Part shown: positions 11,386 through 24,574 of the stretch, one piece after another
How the letters are laid out: each line of letters opens with the position of its first letter
Numbering within the stretch: position 1 is the stretch's first letter
NCBI GenBank assembly: GCA_013265495.1
Contig: MU058103.1
Location: 1,062,870-1,126,869 of the forward strand
DNA from: Vicugna vicugna
Taxonomy: Eukaryota
Length of the DNA stretch: 64,000 bases
Direction: 5' to 3'
Position numbers and translations under genes: made by a program
Notes under the pieces: model-generated
Told to the model about the DNA's origin: nothing
The model's database searches: none
What the model saw: only the letters and a program-made list of their open reading frames with translations

Positions 11386-12627
11386 TTCTTGTTTTAATGA
11401 TGTGTGCGGGTCCCAAATAGACACCACCTCCCACCCGGTCCTCCAAAATGGTGCTTATCAACTCACACTTAATTCATTTCAAGCCCAGCAGACGACCCCC
11501 ACCCCCACGTACTCTGCTCTCCAGGGACCCCTCCCAACAGCACTTCCTCTACTTTCATATAAAACCTTCTAAAGACGCCAGTAGTTTCCAGCTTACGTCC
11601 CACGGTCTCCTTCCCTCAGTTCTGTTATCCTTATAGAACCAAATTAAAGCCCTTGAATTCTTGGCTGACTTCAACTTTGCTGAGCAATTATCTTCTCTGT
11701 ACTGACTTTTCTAGGATTGAGTTGAGTGGAAAGTTGGCGAGGTAGACAGAGAGATGTGAGATTAGGAATAAGCTCCTGTAACAAGAAGCTAAATTCTGGG
11801 AGAGACAAGATGGACCAAAGGAAAGTGTGTTCTCAGTAAGTGGTTCCAGTGCTCTGTGTGGGCCTCCACATGGTAACAGCTGTCAGTTCTCTGTATCACC
11901 ACTGGAACCACAAAAACGACTGGCATCGATAATGACCTGCAATTATTACCTCTCTGAGAACTCATTCACTAACCCCAACTCCCTAGCTTTTCAGATCTCT
12001 AACTTTCTAATTTTATGAGAACCTCAGCATTCTCCCCAACTCTCAGTCTTATCTGCCAGCCTTCACCTTATTTCATGTTCTTTCTTACCTACATTGGCTT
12101 TAATGGTTTCCATTCTAACCCTTCTTTCTCTTTACCACACCCATCTGATTCAACCCCATATTGCCTGATAATTTGCTCAAAGGTTATTCCTAAAAAAAAA
12201 TCCTAGTTTGATCTTCAGATCACTTCACTGTGGTATTAGGCCTGACTTTGTCCCCTCTTTCTCTAAAATTTGCCCTCACACTCCTGTTGCACCAGAGGTG
12301 AAAACTTGCTAGCTTAGGAATCAGGAGAGCACAGCTCTTCCTCTCTCCGGAAGGAACCAGACAACTCAAATGATGTCGAATAATGAAAAATTAGATCCTA
12401 ATGTTCTGAGTTACATCTGTTCCGGAAGGCAGAATGGTCTTAGACAGGGAAGGGCATTGTTCTGTCCAAAAGGAAATTCCATCTTCAAATGAAGCTACTT
12501 TCTGCCAAAGGGGGTTTATGACCCTTTGCCTTTACTGAAAAATGTGACACTGTAGGGGGAACCAAATTACATAAAAAGCATCCCAAATGACTTCACAGTA
12601 GTTAAGGGTTAACAGTCTACAAAAGCC

Positions 12628-12647
12628 AAAAAAAAAAAAAAAAAAAA
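12628..12647. repeat. A20 homopolymer
   Basis: direct read. Confidence 0.95.
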
Positions 12648-12954
12648 GGGGGAGAGATTAGGAATAAGTTTCTCTAGTAAGAAGCAAACATCCTGGGGTA
12701 GAGCAGAGGGGCAAAGGAAAAGTGGATTAAAAAGGAATGGAAAGCCATTTCTGGACAGAGTAATTTTACTGTCACAGCCACGGATGGTTCAGGATCGCTA
12801 AATTCTCTAATGAGAGGGAACTGGAATTTAGTAACAAAGCCTGCTGGACAGGCTTCAGAGGAAGCTCATGTTTTACTCACGGCTGTTCTAGGGGGCCAAC
12901 GTTCTTTAGGTGAAAACAAGCAAACGAAAAGGATCTATGCAACATAATGCCATG

Positions 12955-13210
12955 AAAATGATAACGCTCTCCACTGTGTGTTCGTTGTCAGGCAGTGCAC
13001 TGAGCACATGGATGCTTTCATTGAGTTCTGTAGCCACTTCTGCAGCAGACACTATTATTCCCTAATTTTATTTTGTTTTTTATTTATTTATTTTTTTAAG
13101 TTGGGAAAGCCTGAGGCTCAGAGAGGTAAATTAACTTGCTAAAAGTCCCTCTGCTGGTGGCTAGCAACTTTTGGATTTGAATGCAATGCCATTTAACTCT
13201 GCATACTAAG
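12955..13210 (-). mobile_element. MIR SINE with T-rich insertion
   Basis: ctgaggctcagagaggtaaattaacttgctaaaagtc...ggatttgaa. Confidence 0.7.
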
Positions 13211-14439
13211 CTCTTAACCAAGAGGTTGCATTGCCCTGCCTTGCACATTGAGACGTGAGGAGTGAAGATAGGATTTTCTGGAGCTGGTTGAGGGGGTGAT
13301 GAGGAGGAGCTGAAAGGCCTGCAGAGGTGGGACATATAAAAGTGATTAGGAGGGTGCAGGAAGCAGTAGCAATTCCTGCTACCCCATCCCTGCTGCTTCA
13401 CCGCCTCTGCCCGTTCCTGCCTCTACTCAGTCCTATCTCCCCGCTCTCCGTATTGGTCCCAAGGAGGCCATACCGATCTCCCCCATTCCCCTGCTGAGTG
13501 ACATGTGTGCATTTTTGTTACATAGTAAATAAATCTCCCCCTGAAGCCTTCCACCATTCCTCCCCTTAAGAAAAGCAAAGATGCCTTGTTTGCTGCTTGA
13601 AATGTATGAAATATGATTGTGTTTACTTTTTGGGATTGAAACCAATCACATACAAAAATACCTTTTTAGGGGAGAAAGATGTCAATTCTGCCTTGCATTC
13701 AAATACCCACTCTTTTCTGACTCACATTGAACAACCTTGAGCAAATCACTCTCTGGTCTTTTTTCTGCTTATGCTGCGCAGCAGCAGAGAGAAAGGCTGC
13801 TCCAAATATGGTCCGATCACTCAAATATTAAAGCTTTTTACACTCTTTGCTTCTGTTCATTCTTTCTCTCCCTTTGATCTAACAAAACTTCTTAAATTAT
13901 AAATTAGAGAGTTGGAGGTTTTTTTTGGTTTTTTGTTTTTTTTTTTTTGGGTTCCAAGATAAGGGAAAAATATATGACTTCAAAATTCAGTAGCATGGTG
14001 CAGCAGACCATGGCAGTGTTTGCTTTTGGCATGTGGTACGTGATACCTTGAGAAAGATGCCACATTTAGGATGATTTCTTAAGGAGAAATTTGCTGTTTT
14101 TGAATACAGGGAAGGGAGCTAGTTATTTTACTTGGAGCTGAAACATCATTGCCAATCTCTCTACAACAGCTTTAAGAATATATAATCAGCCATCTTCCAA
14201 AATCAAATCTCAGCTTTGCCTCCTGAGATTTTTCTAATAGATCAGCTGATAAATAAGTACTTTTCACCCTTGAAACAAATGCAGGAGAATTAGTATTAAG
14301 TCAATCAAGGTATAAAACAATGAGGAAGATAAAGATGGAATTGCTTTCTGGAATACAACCAGCTAGTAATTTTGAGAATTTGCCTTGTTTGTATTTTTTT
14401 TTTTAATTTTCTGATACGTAAGCCTGTAAGCTCCTTCAG

Positions 14440-14680
14440 GGAGTCTCCCTTGTCTTTTTCGGCCTCCTCACTCTGAGTGGCCATCCTCTGAGCATCCCTG
14501 TGCTGCTGTGCACACCTGTATCAGAGGATTCATCACACTGAATTGTAAATAAGCATTTGTCTCCCAGACTAGCCACTGAACTCCTGAGAGCAGGCAGCCA
14601 TGCTGTTTCTTCTCTTTATCTGCCAACCCAGTGTGAGGCAGAGTTGATACTCAGTACATGGTTATGAAAATAAACTGAAT
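14440..14680 (+). mobile_element. L2 3' end
   Basis: tgtctcccagactag...ctcctgagagcagg...gatactcagtacat. Confidence 0.6.
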
Positions 14681-15204
14681 TTGACTGTGCTTTAATAGAA
14701 ATATGATTAATGTTGTGGCCACTTGTCCAGGATATTTTCCTTCCATTCAGTGAGATTAAAAAGTTTGGACGCAAATTTCAACATGCAAATAAAATGACAA
14801 ACATGAAAATAAGACCCCAAGTATTTCTTCCCTTCCCAGAGCCAAGAAACAGTGCCAAAATCTCGTAAGAACAAATTGGCACAAAATACGCTTATGTTTG
14901 AACACGTCAGAAATATAGTGAGATTGGATTTGTTTTCTCACTGTATCATCCCTGATCCTGGATGAAGAAAATAATATAAACCTAGGGAGTTAACAACTTT
15001 CCAGGCGGGAGAAAACAGCCATCAAATAACAATCACCAGAAAAACCCTTAGGTGGTCTTTGCATGATAATCTCAAGCATCCTGATTTATCCTCTGCTTTT
15101 TTTGTTTGTTTATTTGCTGTAAAAATATTGTTGTGGGATCCATGTTCCCAGCCACATAGCTGATCCATGATTCACAAACACCATGAACCATCGGGACGAG
15201 ACAT

Positions 15205-15830
15205 GATAGTAACAATGGTGTTTCTCTCTGCTAGAACAGCACTTTACCGTTTATAAACATTTCCACATATGATATGTGAATTCAGCCTCATCACAATCTT
15301 GTAAGGGAGAAAGACCATGTCCTGTTATCTTATACCCATCTTATTACAGATGGTAAAGTAAATACTGTATCTCCCTTAGGATTATATAGCAGTAAAGATC
15401 AGCCATAGCACTCAACAACAGGGGTGAAAATCAACTGTGAGATTCCACTATCTTCTGGCTGAGACTTGCCATCTCAGTCATTCAGTCCAACACCAGGACT
15501 TTCCAAAATGTGTATTTGACTTACCTCATTTAAGACAAACTGCTGAATCCCTGCAATTCTCAAATACTTCTTGAATACCTTCTATGAGGTAGAGTCACAT
15601 AGTAAGCATATAAAGCATAAAATAAATATTATTACTGATTTTTTAAAAATATAATTTCAACCACTGGAAGAAACATTTTTATTTGAACTTCTCGTGAAAC
15701 TCTATGGAGCCAGTGTCTTGACGTCCATTTTCTACAGTACGCCCAAGGTAACAAAACTGAAGTGTCAGAGCTGGAATTTGAAACTGATTCTGCCCAACTC
15801 CAAAGCCCATTTCATGACATCATCCTACCT
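15205..15830 (-). mobile_element. MIR fragments with interspersed L2-like pieces
   Basis: cctcatcacaatcttgtaagg...cccatcttattacagatg; gcccaaggtaaca...gagctggaatttgaa...ctccaaagccc. Confidence 0.55.
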
Positions 15831-16634
15831 GCCTGAGGACGCAGCAGGGAATGTTTCTTGTTAACAGGACTCCTGGAGAACCTGAGTAGGTCTTTGAGGC
15901 AAAATATACTTGAAAATAAAACACTATTTCCAAGTAGTAGGCATTATCAGCTCATAATTGAAAGCAAGCTTGAGGAAATACTGCAAACCAGTGTCTTCTG
16001 ACACAAACGCAGTTTGCAGACATCTGGTTGTGGTTCTAATTCTCACTTTGTAAACAGTCAGGCTAACTTGATTTGTTTCTTCCTTGCTTTTGTTTCTTTG
16101 AAATTGATGTCAGCTTCGTTCGTGGTAGGAAATCGCTTGTTCCATGCTATAAAATGGCACGTTTGTCTCACCTGTTCAGCTGACTCTAGGGTGGCAGGAG
16201 TTGCCTTGTGGCAATTTTATATATGATTTATATAAATCACATCTATTTGAAGATAGATTAATTTGGTCTAAAGGGATTATAATGACAGCATTCCTGTGTG
16301 CCAAGCGCAGGATATGATAATGGAAAGAATATGGTGTTTCCGGATCCAGCTGTGCTCTTTTTTTAAGCTAAGTGAACTTGAAGAAGTCATTCCTTTACTC
16401 TCAACCTTGGTTTGTTCTCATGTTGTTATGAAGGACTCTAAATATAAAGTTGTGTTATTATCATCATCATTTTTTTCATTAACAAATAATATTAGGGAAA
16501 AAAATCTTTGAATAAAAGAAAAACAACACTCTCACTTAAAATTCTTAGGAACATTTAGATCAATTTATCCAAAGGGGGAAAAATAGAAATAACCTTCCAC
16601 AAAATGGAGAAACTTGCAAAAGATTTCTGCAGAG

Positions 16635-16812
16635 TTTTTTTTTTTAATTGAAGTATAGTCAGTTATAATGTGTCAGTTTCTGGTGTACAGCATATATGTT
16701 TTCATATTCTTTTTCATTATAGGTTACTACAAAATATTGAATATAGTTCCCTGTGCTAAACAGCAGAAATTTAGTTTTTATCTATTTTATATATAGCAGT
16801 TAGTATTTGCAC
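16635..16812 (-). mobile_element. Short 5'-truncated L1 3' end with TSD
   Basis: polyT + aattgaagtatagtcag...atagttccctgtgct; TSD ttctgcag at 16625-16632 and 16813-16820. Confidence 0.85.
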
Positions 16813-17049
16813 TTCTGCAGGATTGTTAAGTCTCTACCTTGACTCTCCTCCTATTTCTCATTACCTAAGAATCACCTCTTTCTTATTCCGTTCCTTTTCT
16901 CTCTAATCCCTTCACCCCGGCAGAAGAGCAGAGAATAGAATGATCAATCTTTTGTACTCATTTCTGTTTCGTAGGGTTGCTGTGTGGTAGAATAGGGGAT
17001 GGCAGCCCAGGGACGCTAGAACGTAATGAGCAGTTGACAAAGGCTCTCA

Positions 17050-17335
17050 GGATAGATTCAGAGATAAGAAAGGAGAATGTGGAGCAGATGCACTGGGGCC
17101 AAGTCACTTACAGGCCAGGGGATGACAGACCATCAAAGAAAGGTCACAGGACTGCAAATGTGGTCAGAGTCCTCCTTTCACAATCAGAGAGAATGAGAGC
17201 TTTTCAGCCTTCCCCATTCTCTTTAAAACAGGTGATGCATCTCTGTTTATTTCATAAGGTAGATGAAGAGGTTACATAAAATAGTTTATAAAAATTGTTT
17301 TGCAACTATACACTTCTTTACAAATGTGATTATTA
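17050..17335 (+). mobile_element. MIR SINE (interrupted)
   Basis: gggccaagtcactta...ttcagccttccccattctctttaaaac... Confidence 0.45.
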
Positions 17336-17373
17336 GTCCCCCGTCACCTTTACCCTCACCCTTACTTTTCCAG

Positions 17374-17421
17374 GTATGTCTTACTGAAGCATGAACTGCT
17401 CATACGGCTATACTTTTGCAG
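17374..17421 (+). other. Candidate recursive splice site with 48-nt RS-exon or microexon
   Basis: 35-nt pyrimidine-rich tract ending ttttccag|GTATGT; second donor ttttgcag|GTATGG 48 nt downstream. Confidence 0.35.
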
Positions 17422-18574
17422 GTATGGGTCACAAGAATTAATTTAATCATTGCTTTTTAGCAAACTCTTTCTGCAGATCATTAATGTGCCATTCTACACT
17501 GTTGTTAAGTATATCTTTTTTTCCTACTCTAAAAAATCAATTGCAATATCAAAAGAATTGTATTTGGTTTCCATTTCTTTGCCTTTTATTGATACAGATT
17601 TATACGGAAAGCCTACCGCATACTGGTTGTTATGCTGAGTTCTGCATATAAAGGAGTCAGGTATCAGCAGTACCTAACAAAGGATGTCAGGGAATACTAA
17701 CCTCCCATGATAAGATTATTACACATGTAAGGCTTTTTCCTTTCTTTCCCTCTTTCTTCTCTCTTTCTCTCCCTCCCTCTATTTTTCATGGACAAATCAT
17801 CTCTAAAATTGGGATGACATATCAGCCTCATGGAGGTGGTAAGGATTACTTGAGAGGGTGTGAGAGAAGTTCTTTCAACAGTTCATGGCAAGAAATAATT
17901 GAGAATAGGTGGAAGTAATTATGGTACAAAGGAAGTGAACAAAAGGAATTTGAAGGCACTGGGCAGTGTCAGCCTTATTCCAAAACATTGTGTGCATCTT
18001 TTGTTCTTAAATCCAAAAATACCATGAAATGGTGTTCATCATCTCCATCACTATCATCACCCTCATTATCATCCCTGTATCATCCGTGCATTATATGAGG
18101 AACCTGAGAAGCAGGGCACTGTAACTTTTAGGGTTACTTGGCCCCTTCACGGCAGGCCTAGGATGCAAATCTATATCTGTCTGTTTCTAACCCCCCTTGT
18201 TTTCCTCCTTCAGGAGGAATTGTCTGGTAACAACACCCCACAGAGTTGTACCTCCTCTCTGGATACTTTTGTCGTGTTCTCAATGTGAAATTAAAAGTTA
18301 TATATTTTTATTAAATTGATACAGGTTTGGGGTCAAACTTCCTGCTTAGTGATCTGATCCCCTCAACTGAAGTGCAAGCATTTTTTGTCTTATTCTTATG
18401 GCTACACCCTGCACTCTGTGTGTCTAGCGTATGACGATATGTCAGTGACAAGAACTCAGAATGCTTGTTGAATCAGTGGCTCTCCAGGTGAGCGTTGTGG
18501 TGTGGCCCCAGTGTATAATCACTGCTTGTAACCATAGATCTTTGGAACTCAATCTTTTGCAAGAATTACAGTCA

Positions 18575-18702
18575 CTCAGAGGACAGGTTGCTGGGCCACA
18601 CAGCCAGAATTTCTGATTCAGTAGGCCTGAAACAAATTTGCATTTCTAAGAAGAGTATAGGGCATGCTATTGCTAGCAATCAGAGGCTTTTGAGAACCAC
18701 TG
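18575..18702 (+). mobile_element. MER5A hAT-Charlie MITE (3' part)
   Basis: ttgctgggcc...tttctgattcagtagg...aatttgcatttctaa...tttgagaaccactg. Confidence 0.75.
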
Positions 18703-21589
18703 TAAGGACACTGGCTCAGGGCTCAGAGGGGTGAGGTCACTAGTAGGTAGTGGAGCTAAGATGTGAATCTAGAGTTGTCTGACATCCTCTGTCACTGTAG
18801 CCAGACAGGGTCACAGGCTGCAATAATCAATCTTTGTCTTTGACCTTTAGATGGGTTAGAATTTAAAGTGACAAAATGCAGGCAAGATCCATCTCCAACT
18901 TCCCTTCTAGATCTCTCATTGTTAATTTCAACAAGAGAACAGTTTTCAACAGTGGACTTGGTTTTAGAAATCCTTGATTCCAAAGGCAAAGTTTGTTCTA
19001 ACTTACCATGTGGCCTTAGGATTGATCTTCCTCTCAATTAAAAGAAAAAGGAAAAAAGAAACAACTGTTCTAGTGTAGAGAAAATCCAGAACAATCAATC
19101 TATGAATGGGCGCACGCTGGTGATGTCTGTAAGCTCTTTGAAGGCAGGGTGAGTTTTTCATTATATACTGCACTGCACTTGTGCTATGAATGCACAGGAA
19201 ATGTCTAACAATAGCAATCATTTAGACATTGTTAGCCCCTGGAATTTGAGCAGTACATATCTATAATTATGATGTTTTACAGTAAAAGGTTATGAATTTT
19301 GCTGCTAAACATCTATGTCCGTATATATCTCTACCTACCTATCTAGATACCCATCTGAAGGTCTAGATAGATAGGCAGAGATGGAGATAGAGATTAGGTA
19401 CATGTATATCACTCCTGGGAAGTTGATAAATTACACATAGGAACACTTGGCTCCAATTCTGTTGCTTCTCATTAATTGCTTTTATTTTTCTCCAGCAATG
19501 GAACTTTTCTTTTGATACTGAAACAGGCTTTTAGCAAAAACGTGAATCAATAACAATAATCCTTAGCAATTTTCTACCCCCCCCTTATAAATCCTACACC
19601 CTCCTCCTCCTTGTAGAAAATACATCCTAATGCATAGATGAGGAAGATATAAATCCCAAGATGGGTATAAAGAGACTCCTTCAGAATACAGATGGGTTAG
19701 GGATGCACCCTAAGACCAGAGACCAATCTGTTGGCTTCCTGATTTAATTAGTTTCCTGTTGCTAATTTTGCAAATTAGACTATTTTTCTTTCTTTGTTTA
19801 AGTGAATATATGAAAGGGGAGAGTTTAGTGACAATCCAGTGAATAAGAGACGATTTAGAGGGTCAAGAAGAATCAGGTGGGTGCACAATCTGATCTTTGT
19901 TTTTAGCAATCTTCCCTTTGTTTTTAGTTTCAGTCATGATAAAATTATGCAGGTTTTATAGTATTGCAAACAGAACAACATTCCTGGCACATGCATTGCA
20001 TATTGAACAGTTTAATGTCTTGGGATGTACGTGTATCTATATTTTATCATACTTCTGAAAATCGCCATGTTGTGTAGCCTCTCTGTTGCATCAAGATGAT
20101 ACGTTAAGTAAAACAGGAGGGTCACTAACTGCTGGAGAAGAGGTCAGGTTGTGAGATGGATGGCACATGCTCCCCCCACAAGATAATGATAAACCATGTA
20201 TTTTGGATGAAAATATGCAAACTCAAAAGTTTGAAGATCTTTATTAATAAGAACAGATACAGAGCTCAAGTAGTTATAGACTCTTAAAAATTCCTGCTCA
20301 TGGAATCCATCCCATCATAGAAAATAAAAATTGTTTTTCAAAGGATATCTATGCAGGATGAGAGAAAGGATCTGGATAAGGAAGAGGCTAAATTTAGAAA
20401 AAAAAAGGGGAAAAGTGGGATGGAGAGATGAGAAGGACGAGAGAAGCCACTGGGAGGTATTTGCAAGTGGGCTTGGAGAGTTAAAATAGAAGCCCCACTT
20501 TGGTGAAGAGTGCCGAAGGAAGGCAAGTTAGTTTGTCCAGAGTGTGTGTCCATCATGGGAAAGACAAATGTCGGTCTTGCTACACAAGGTGTGAGTGCGA
20601 GAGTTGCAGTTTAGATCATCTGTCAGTCTCTGGGCCCTTGCCTTTCTTACTGCGCCCCTCTTCAAGGATTTCTAGTTCATGGGACTGGAAAGGCAATCAG
20701 TCAGTTTCTATTGAAGAGAGAGAAGGAGGAAGGACGAATGGAAGAGAGGAAGGAATGGAGGACAGAGCCAAACAGGAGAATTAAGGAACCAATCAGAAAT
20801 ACCATCTGTGGAGAGTTCATTTTCCATTCTGTGGACTGCACCACAACCATAAAAGGGTAGTGCTGCACGGATACTATGATTTGGAATAAAGAGATGCCCG
20901 TGATATAATGAATGAAAAATAGCAAATGAACAGCATTCTGTTGAGAATATTTCTAGAAAAAGTAGGGAAGTACATTCAACAGAATGTCCACAATTAGTTT
21001 TCTGTTGGTGTTTTCTCCCCTTCCTTTTACTACAATACCCTCTACGGCTTTATACTACTACTAATAGTAACAATAATGAAATTGAAATGTCTGAGAGCAA
21101 ATGGGAGTGTCCTGGAGAAGTTCCGGAGAGAGGTTGCCGCACCCGAGCCACATCTTTTTAAGGCATTTGAGCATCTCGGTGTGAGCTGGCTGTGTTTGTT
21201 CAGTGACCGGGAGGGGGTGCTCACATGTGTCCTTCCACCTGTCACCTTTCCCAGGAGGCAGTCAGGTGTTCCTTCCTTTCTCTCACTGGAAGCTGCTCTC
21301 CTGTGTCGGTATTTTCACGGCATCTCAGTCAGTGTTGCCTAGAAGAGGAAGGGGAGGAATGTTGGTTAAAAATAGGAGGTCCTCTTGTACAAAAGAGGGC
21401 CTGGTCTCTGCTCAACTCAGTTGCTTATTCATACAAACTCCAAGTAAATACTACATTTTTTCCCCTTGGGACGTCCAGTCGCCCTCATGAGTGCTGATTT
21501 TAGCAACACCTCTGGTGTGAGGGAAGCACGGTAAATATTCAGGCGGTTGGGCTACTATGAGAAATGTGTGTGAAACACAAATACGTTTG

Positions 21590-23870
21590 TTTTAAAGTCT
21601 GCTTTGTCTTATATGACTATTGGCTACCCCAGCTATCTTTTTGTTTCATTTGCATAAACTATATTTTTCCATCCCTTAATTTTCTGTCTGTGTGTGTCTT
21701 TAGGTCTGAAGTGAGTCTCTTGTAGGCAACATACAGATGGATCTTTTGTTTTCTTTTTTTTTTTTCAAATTCAATCAGCCACCCTATGTCTTTTGATTGG
21801 AGCATTTAGTCCATAAAAATTTATAATGATTATTGATTGGTATGTACTTATTGCCATTTTGTTATTTGTTTTCTGGTTATTTTTGTAGTTCTTCTCTGTT
21901 ATTTTCATCTACTTTTAGTGTCTTCCCTTGTGGTTTGATGATTTTCTTTAGCATTGTGTTTGGGTACCTTTCTCTTTAAATTTTTTTGCATTTATTTTAG
22001 GTTTTAGATTTGTGGTTACCACGAAGGTCATATATGTCAACCCATAAATGTATTTACTTGTTTTAAACTGGTAATCCTTTAAGTTCAAGCACATTCTAAA
22101 AGATCTACATACTTTGTTCCCTTCCCCCATGTTCTGTGTTTTTGATGTTGTATTTGACATCTTCATGTCTATCCACTTATTGATATTATACTTGATTTTA
22201 CAATTTTCTTCTCTTTTAACTTTTGAACTAGCTTAAGTTGTTTATCTACTGTCTTTACCTACAATTTGCATTTACCAGTGAGATTTTTTTCCTTTCTATA
22301 TTGTCTTATTTCTTGTTATAGCCTTTTCTTTTTAACTTACAAAACCCTGTAACATTTCTTGTAAGGTCAGTTTGGTAGTGATGAACTCTTGTCGTTTCTA
22401 CTTATCTGAGAAACTCTTAGTCTCTCCTTCAGGTGTAAGTGATAACCCTGCTGGGTAGAGTGTCCTAGGTTATTGTTGTTTTTTGTTTTTTGTTTTTTTT
22501 TTTACTTTCAGCGCTTTAAATATATTATACATCTCCCTTCTGGCCTGCAAAGTCTTTGCTGAAAAATCTGCTAAGAGTTGTATGGAGATTCCCTTGTATA
22601 TGAATCTGTTTTACTTCTGCTGCCTTTAAATATTTTTGTTCATCTTTAATTTTTGCCATTTTAACTATGATATGTCTTGAGGTATGTCTCTGGGTTCATC
22701 TTGTGTGGGAATCTCTGTGCTTCCTGGGCCTGGGTTTTTGTTTACTTTCTCTGGTTATGTTTTCAGCTATTATGTCTTCAGATATGTTCTCTGTCCCTTT
22801 CTCTCTTTCTTCTCCTTCTGGAACCCCTATAATGCAAGTGTTAGTATGCCTGATGATGTCCTAGAAGTCCTTTAACACTGTCCTCATTTTTTTAAATTTG
22901 TCTTTAATTTTTGTTGTTTTTATTGATTTCCACTATATCTTCCAAGTTACTTACGCATTCTTCCCTATCACCTAATCTGGTGTGAATTCCTCCCAGCCTA
23001 TTTTTTATTTCAGTTATTGTCTTCTTCAACTCTGATTTCTAAATATATTTTCTAGTACTTTGTTGATGTTCTTACTGTGTTTCAGTCTTCTTTTCCCAAG
23101 TTCAGTTACCATTTTACTGCTGTTGCTTTGAACTCCTTATCAGATAAATTATGTATCTCTGTGTCATTAGGATTTTTCTAATATTTTATCTTGTTCTTTC
23201 ATTTGAAACATAGTCCTCTGTCTTCTCATTTTGTTTGACTTTCTCTGTTTGTCACTATGAAATTAATTTAGTTGTCTGTCCTAGTCTTGAGGGCACTTCT
23301 TTGTTTGGGAGCCTCCCGACACAGTCTACATGTACCCAATGGCTTTGGTGGGAGAGCTGAATCTGAAGTGAGAACAGGCTGCATCTTCTCCTGGGGTATG
23401 TTGGCAGCTGCCACCTTGGTGGTGGGGATGGAGTCGGAGGCGCTAGACCTGCATCCAGGTATAAGCCAGTGCTTCTCCTAGGCTCAGTGGCATCTGCAGC
23501 CTTACTAGGGGTAGGACTGGGGCCTGAGGTCCTGGAGCAGGAGGCTTGAGGGAGTTGGGCTTCTCCAGGATGTGGCGGCAGTCTCCCCTTTGGTTGGGGC
23601 CCCTGAGAGCTTTGAGTCACACTTCTGAGCTGGCTCTGGGTCTCCGTCCTGGCTGGAGGCAGGGCCAGGTCCTGAGCTGGTTTTGCTCCCTCCAGGTGCC
23701 TGATGCACGTGCAGGGCAATGGTGATCTTGCCCCGACTAGAGGCAGAGCTGGGGCCCAAGCTATTTCTGCTCCTTCTCCACGGCACACAAACACCTTGGT
23801 GATGGCTGTATCTGTCTTAGCAGGGAGCACTGCTGGCACACGAAGGGCTGGAGTAGGAGCCCAGTGTGGG
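21590..23870 (-). mobile_element. L1 5' portion (5'UTR, decayed ORF1, ORF2 start), 3'-truncated
   Basis: ggtctgaagtgagtctcttgtaggcaacat (ORF2 start antisense), ccttctggcctgcaaagt and ttctggaacccctataatg (ORF1 antisense), GC-rich 5'UTR at about 23280-23870. Confidence 0.85.
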
Positions 23871-24574
23871 CATAGAAGTATGTCACATGCCTATTTCTAA
23901 ACCAATTCCTTTCAGTAAGAATACCCATAAACGCAAGCAAATCAGTCCAAAAGTTGACTGCCTGCAAAATAAGGCAGAAAGATTGCTGAATAAAATCAGA
24001 AAAGGTAACAAAGCAATGGGTGGTGGGTGGTTTCCAATACAAAGTGCATTTTTTTTTAAATTTTAAGGCAGCTGGTTTCCTAAATCATAAAAATTATTAA
24101 TTTAGTGATAGCATAATATACATTCATAAAGATAGATTTAATTTACTAATCTTCCCCCTAATTATTTCATTTTGGTATGTTTACAAAACAAAAAGTGAGA
24201 GGCTGACATTTTTTACCTCCTCCATTCATGTATCAGTGATGGCTCAGGAAGTAGTGTGAATAAGGTGATTCTGTGAAGCTGGTTTTAGCTGTACTAGAAT
24301 AGTAAGTTTTATACCATTTGATTATTAATGAAATTGATTCTATTATTTGGAAAAATCATCTTGGAGTTTTAGTTAACCCCCAAATAAAAATAAAAAGATT
24401 ATTTATCTGAGATTAAGCATACACAACACTTTCAAGATCCAATAAGTAAATCTCTTTGTCATTAACCTTGGGTGGCATTAGTTTATTTATGTTGACTCAG
24501 GCTTCCAAACTTCAAAGCAAATTTTCTTTGGGAAATTCTCAAAGTTTTTTCAGTATTTCTAACACCAACAGCAG

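Noticed and set aside
13144..13160. CTCF-like gtccctctgctggtg
   Set aside because: Imperfect core inside a MIR; cannot be supported without PWM scoring or ChIP.
14913..14947. 11-bp hairpin atatagtgaga/tctcactgtat
   Set aside because: Short enough to be expected by chance in 64 kb.
23255..23839. 194-aa Pro/Ala-rich ORF
   Set aside because: GC-rich L1 5'UTR with few stop codons; not a host gene.
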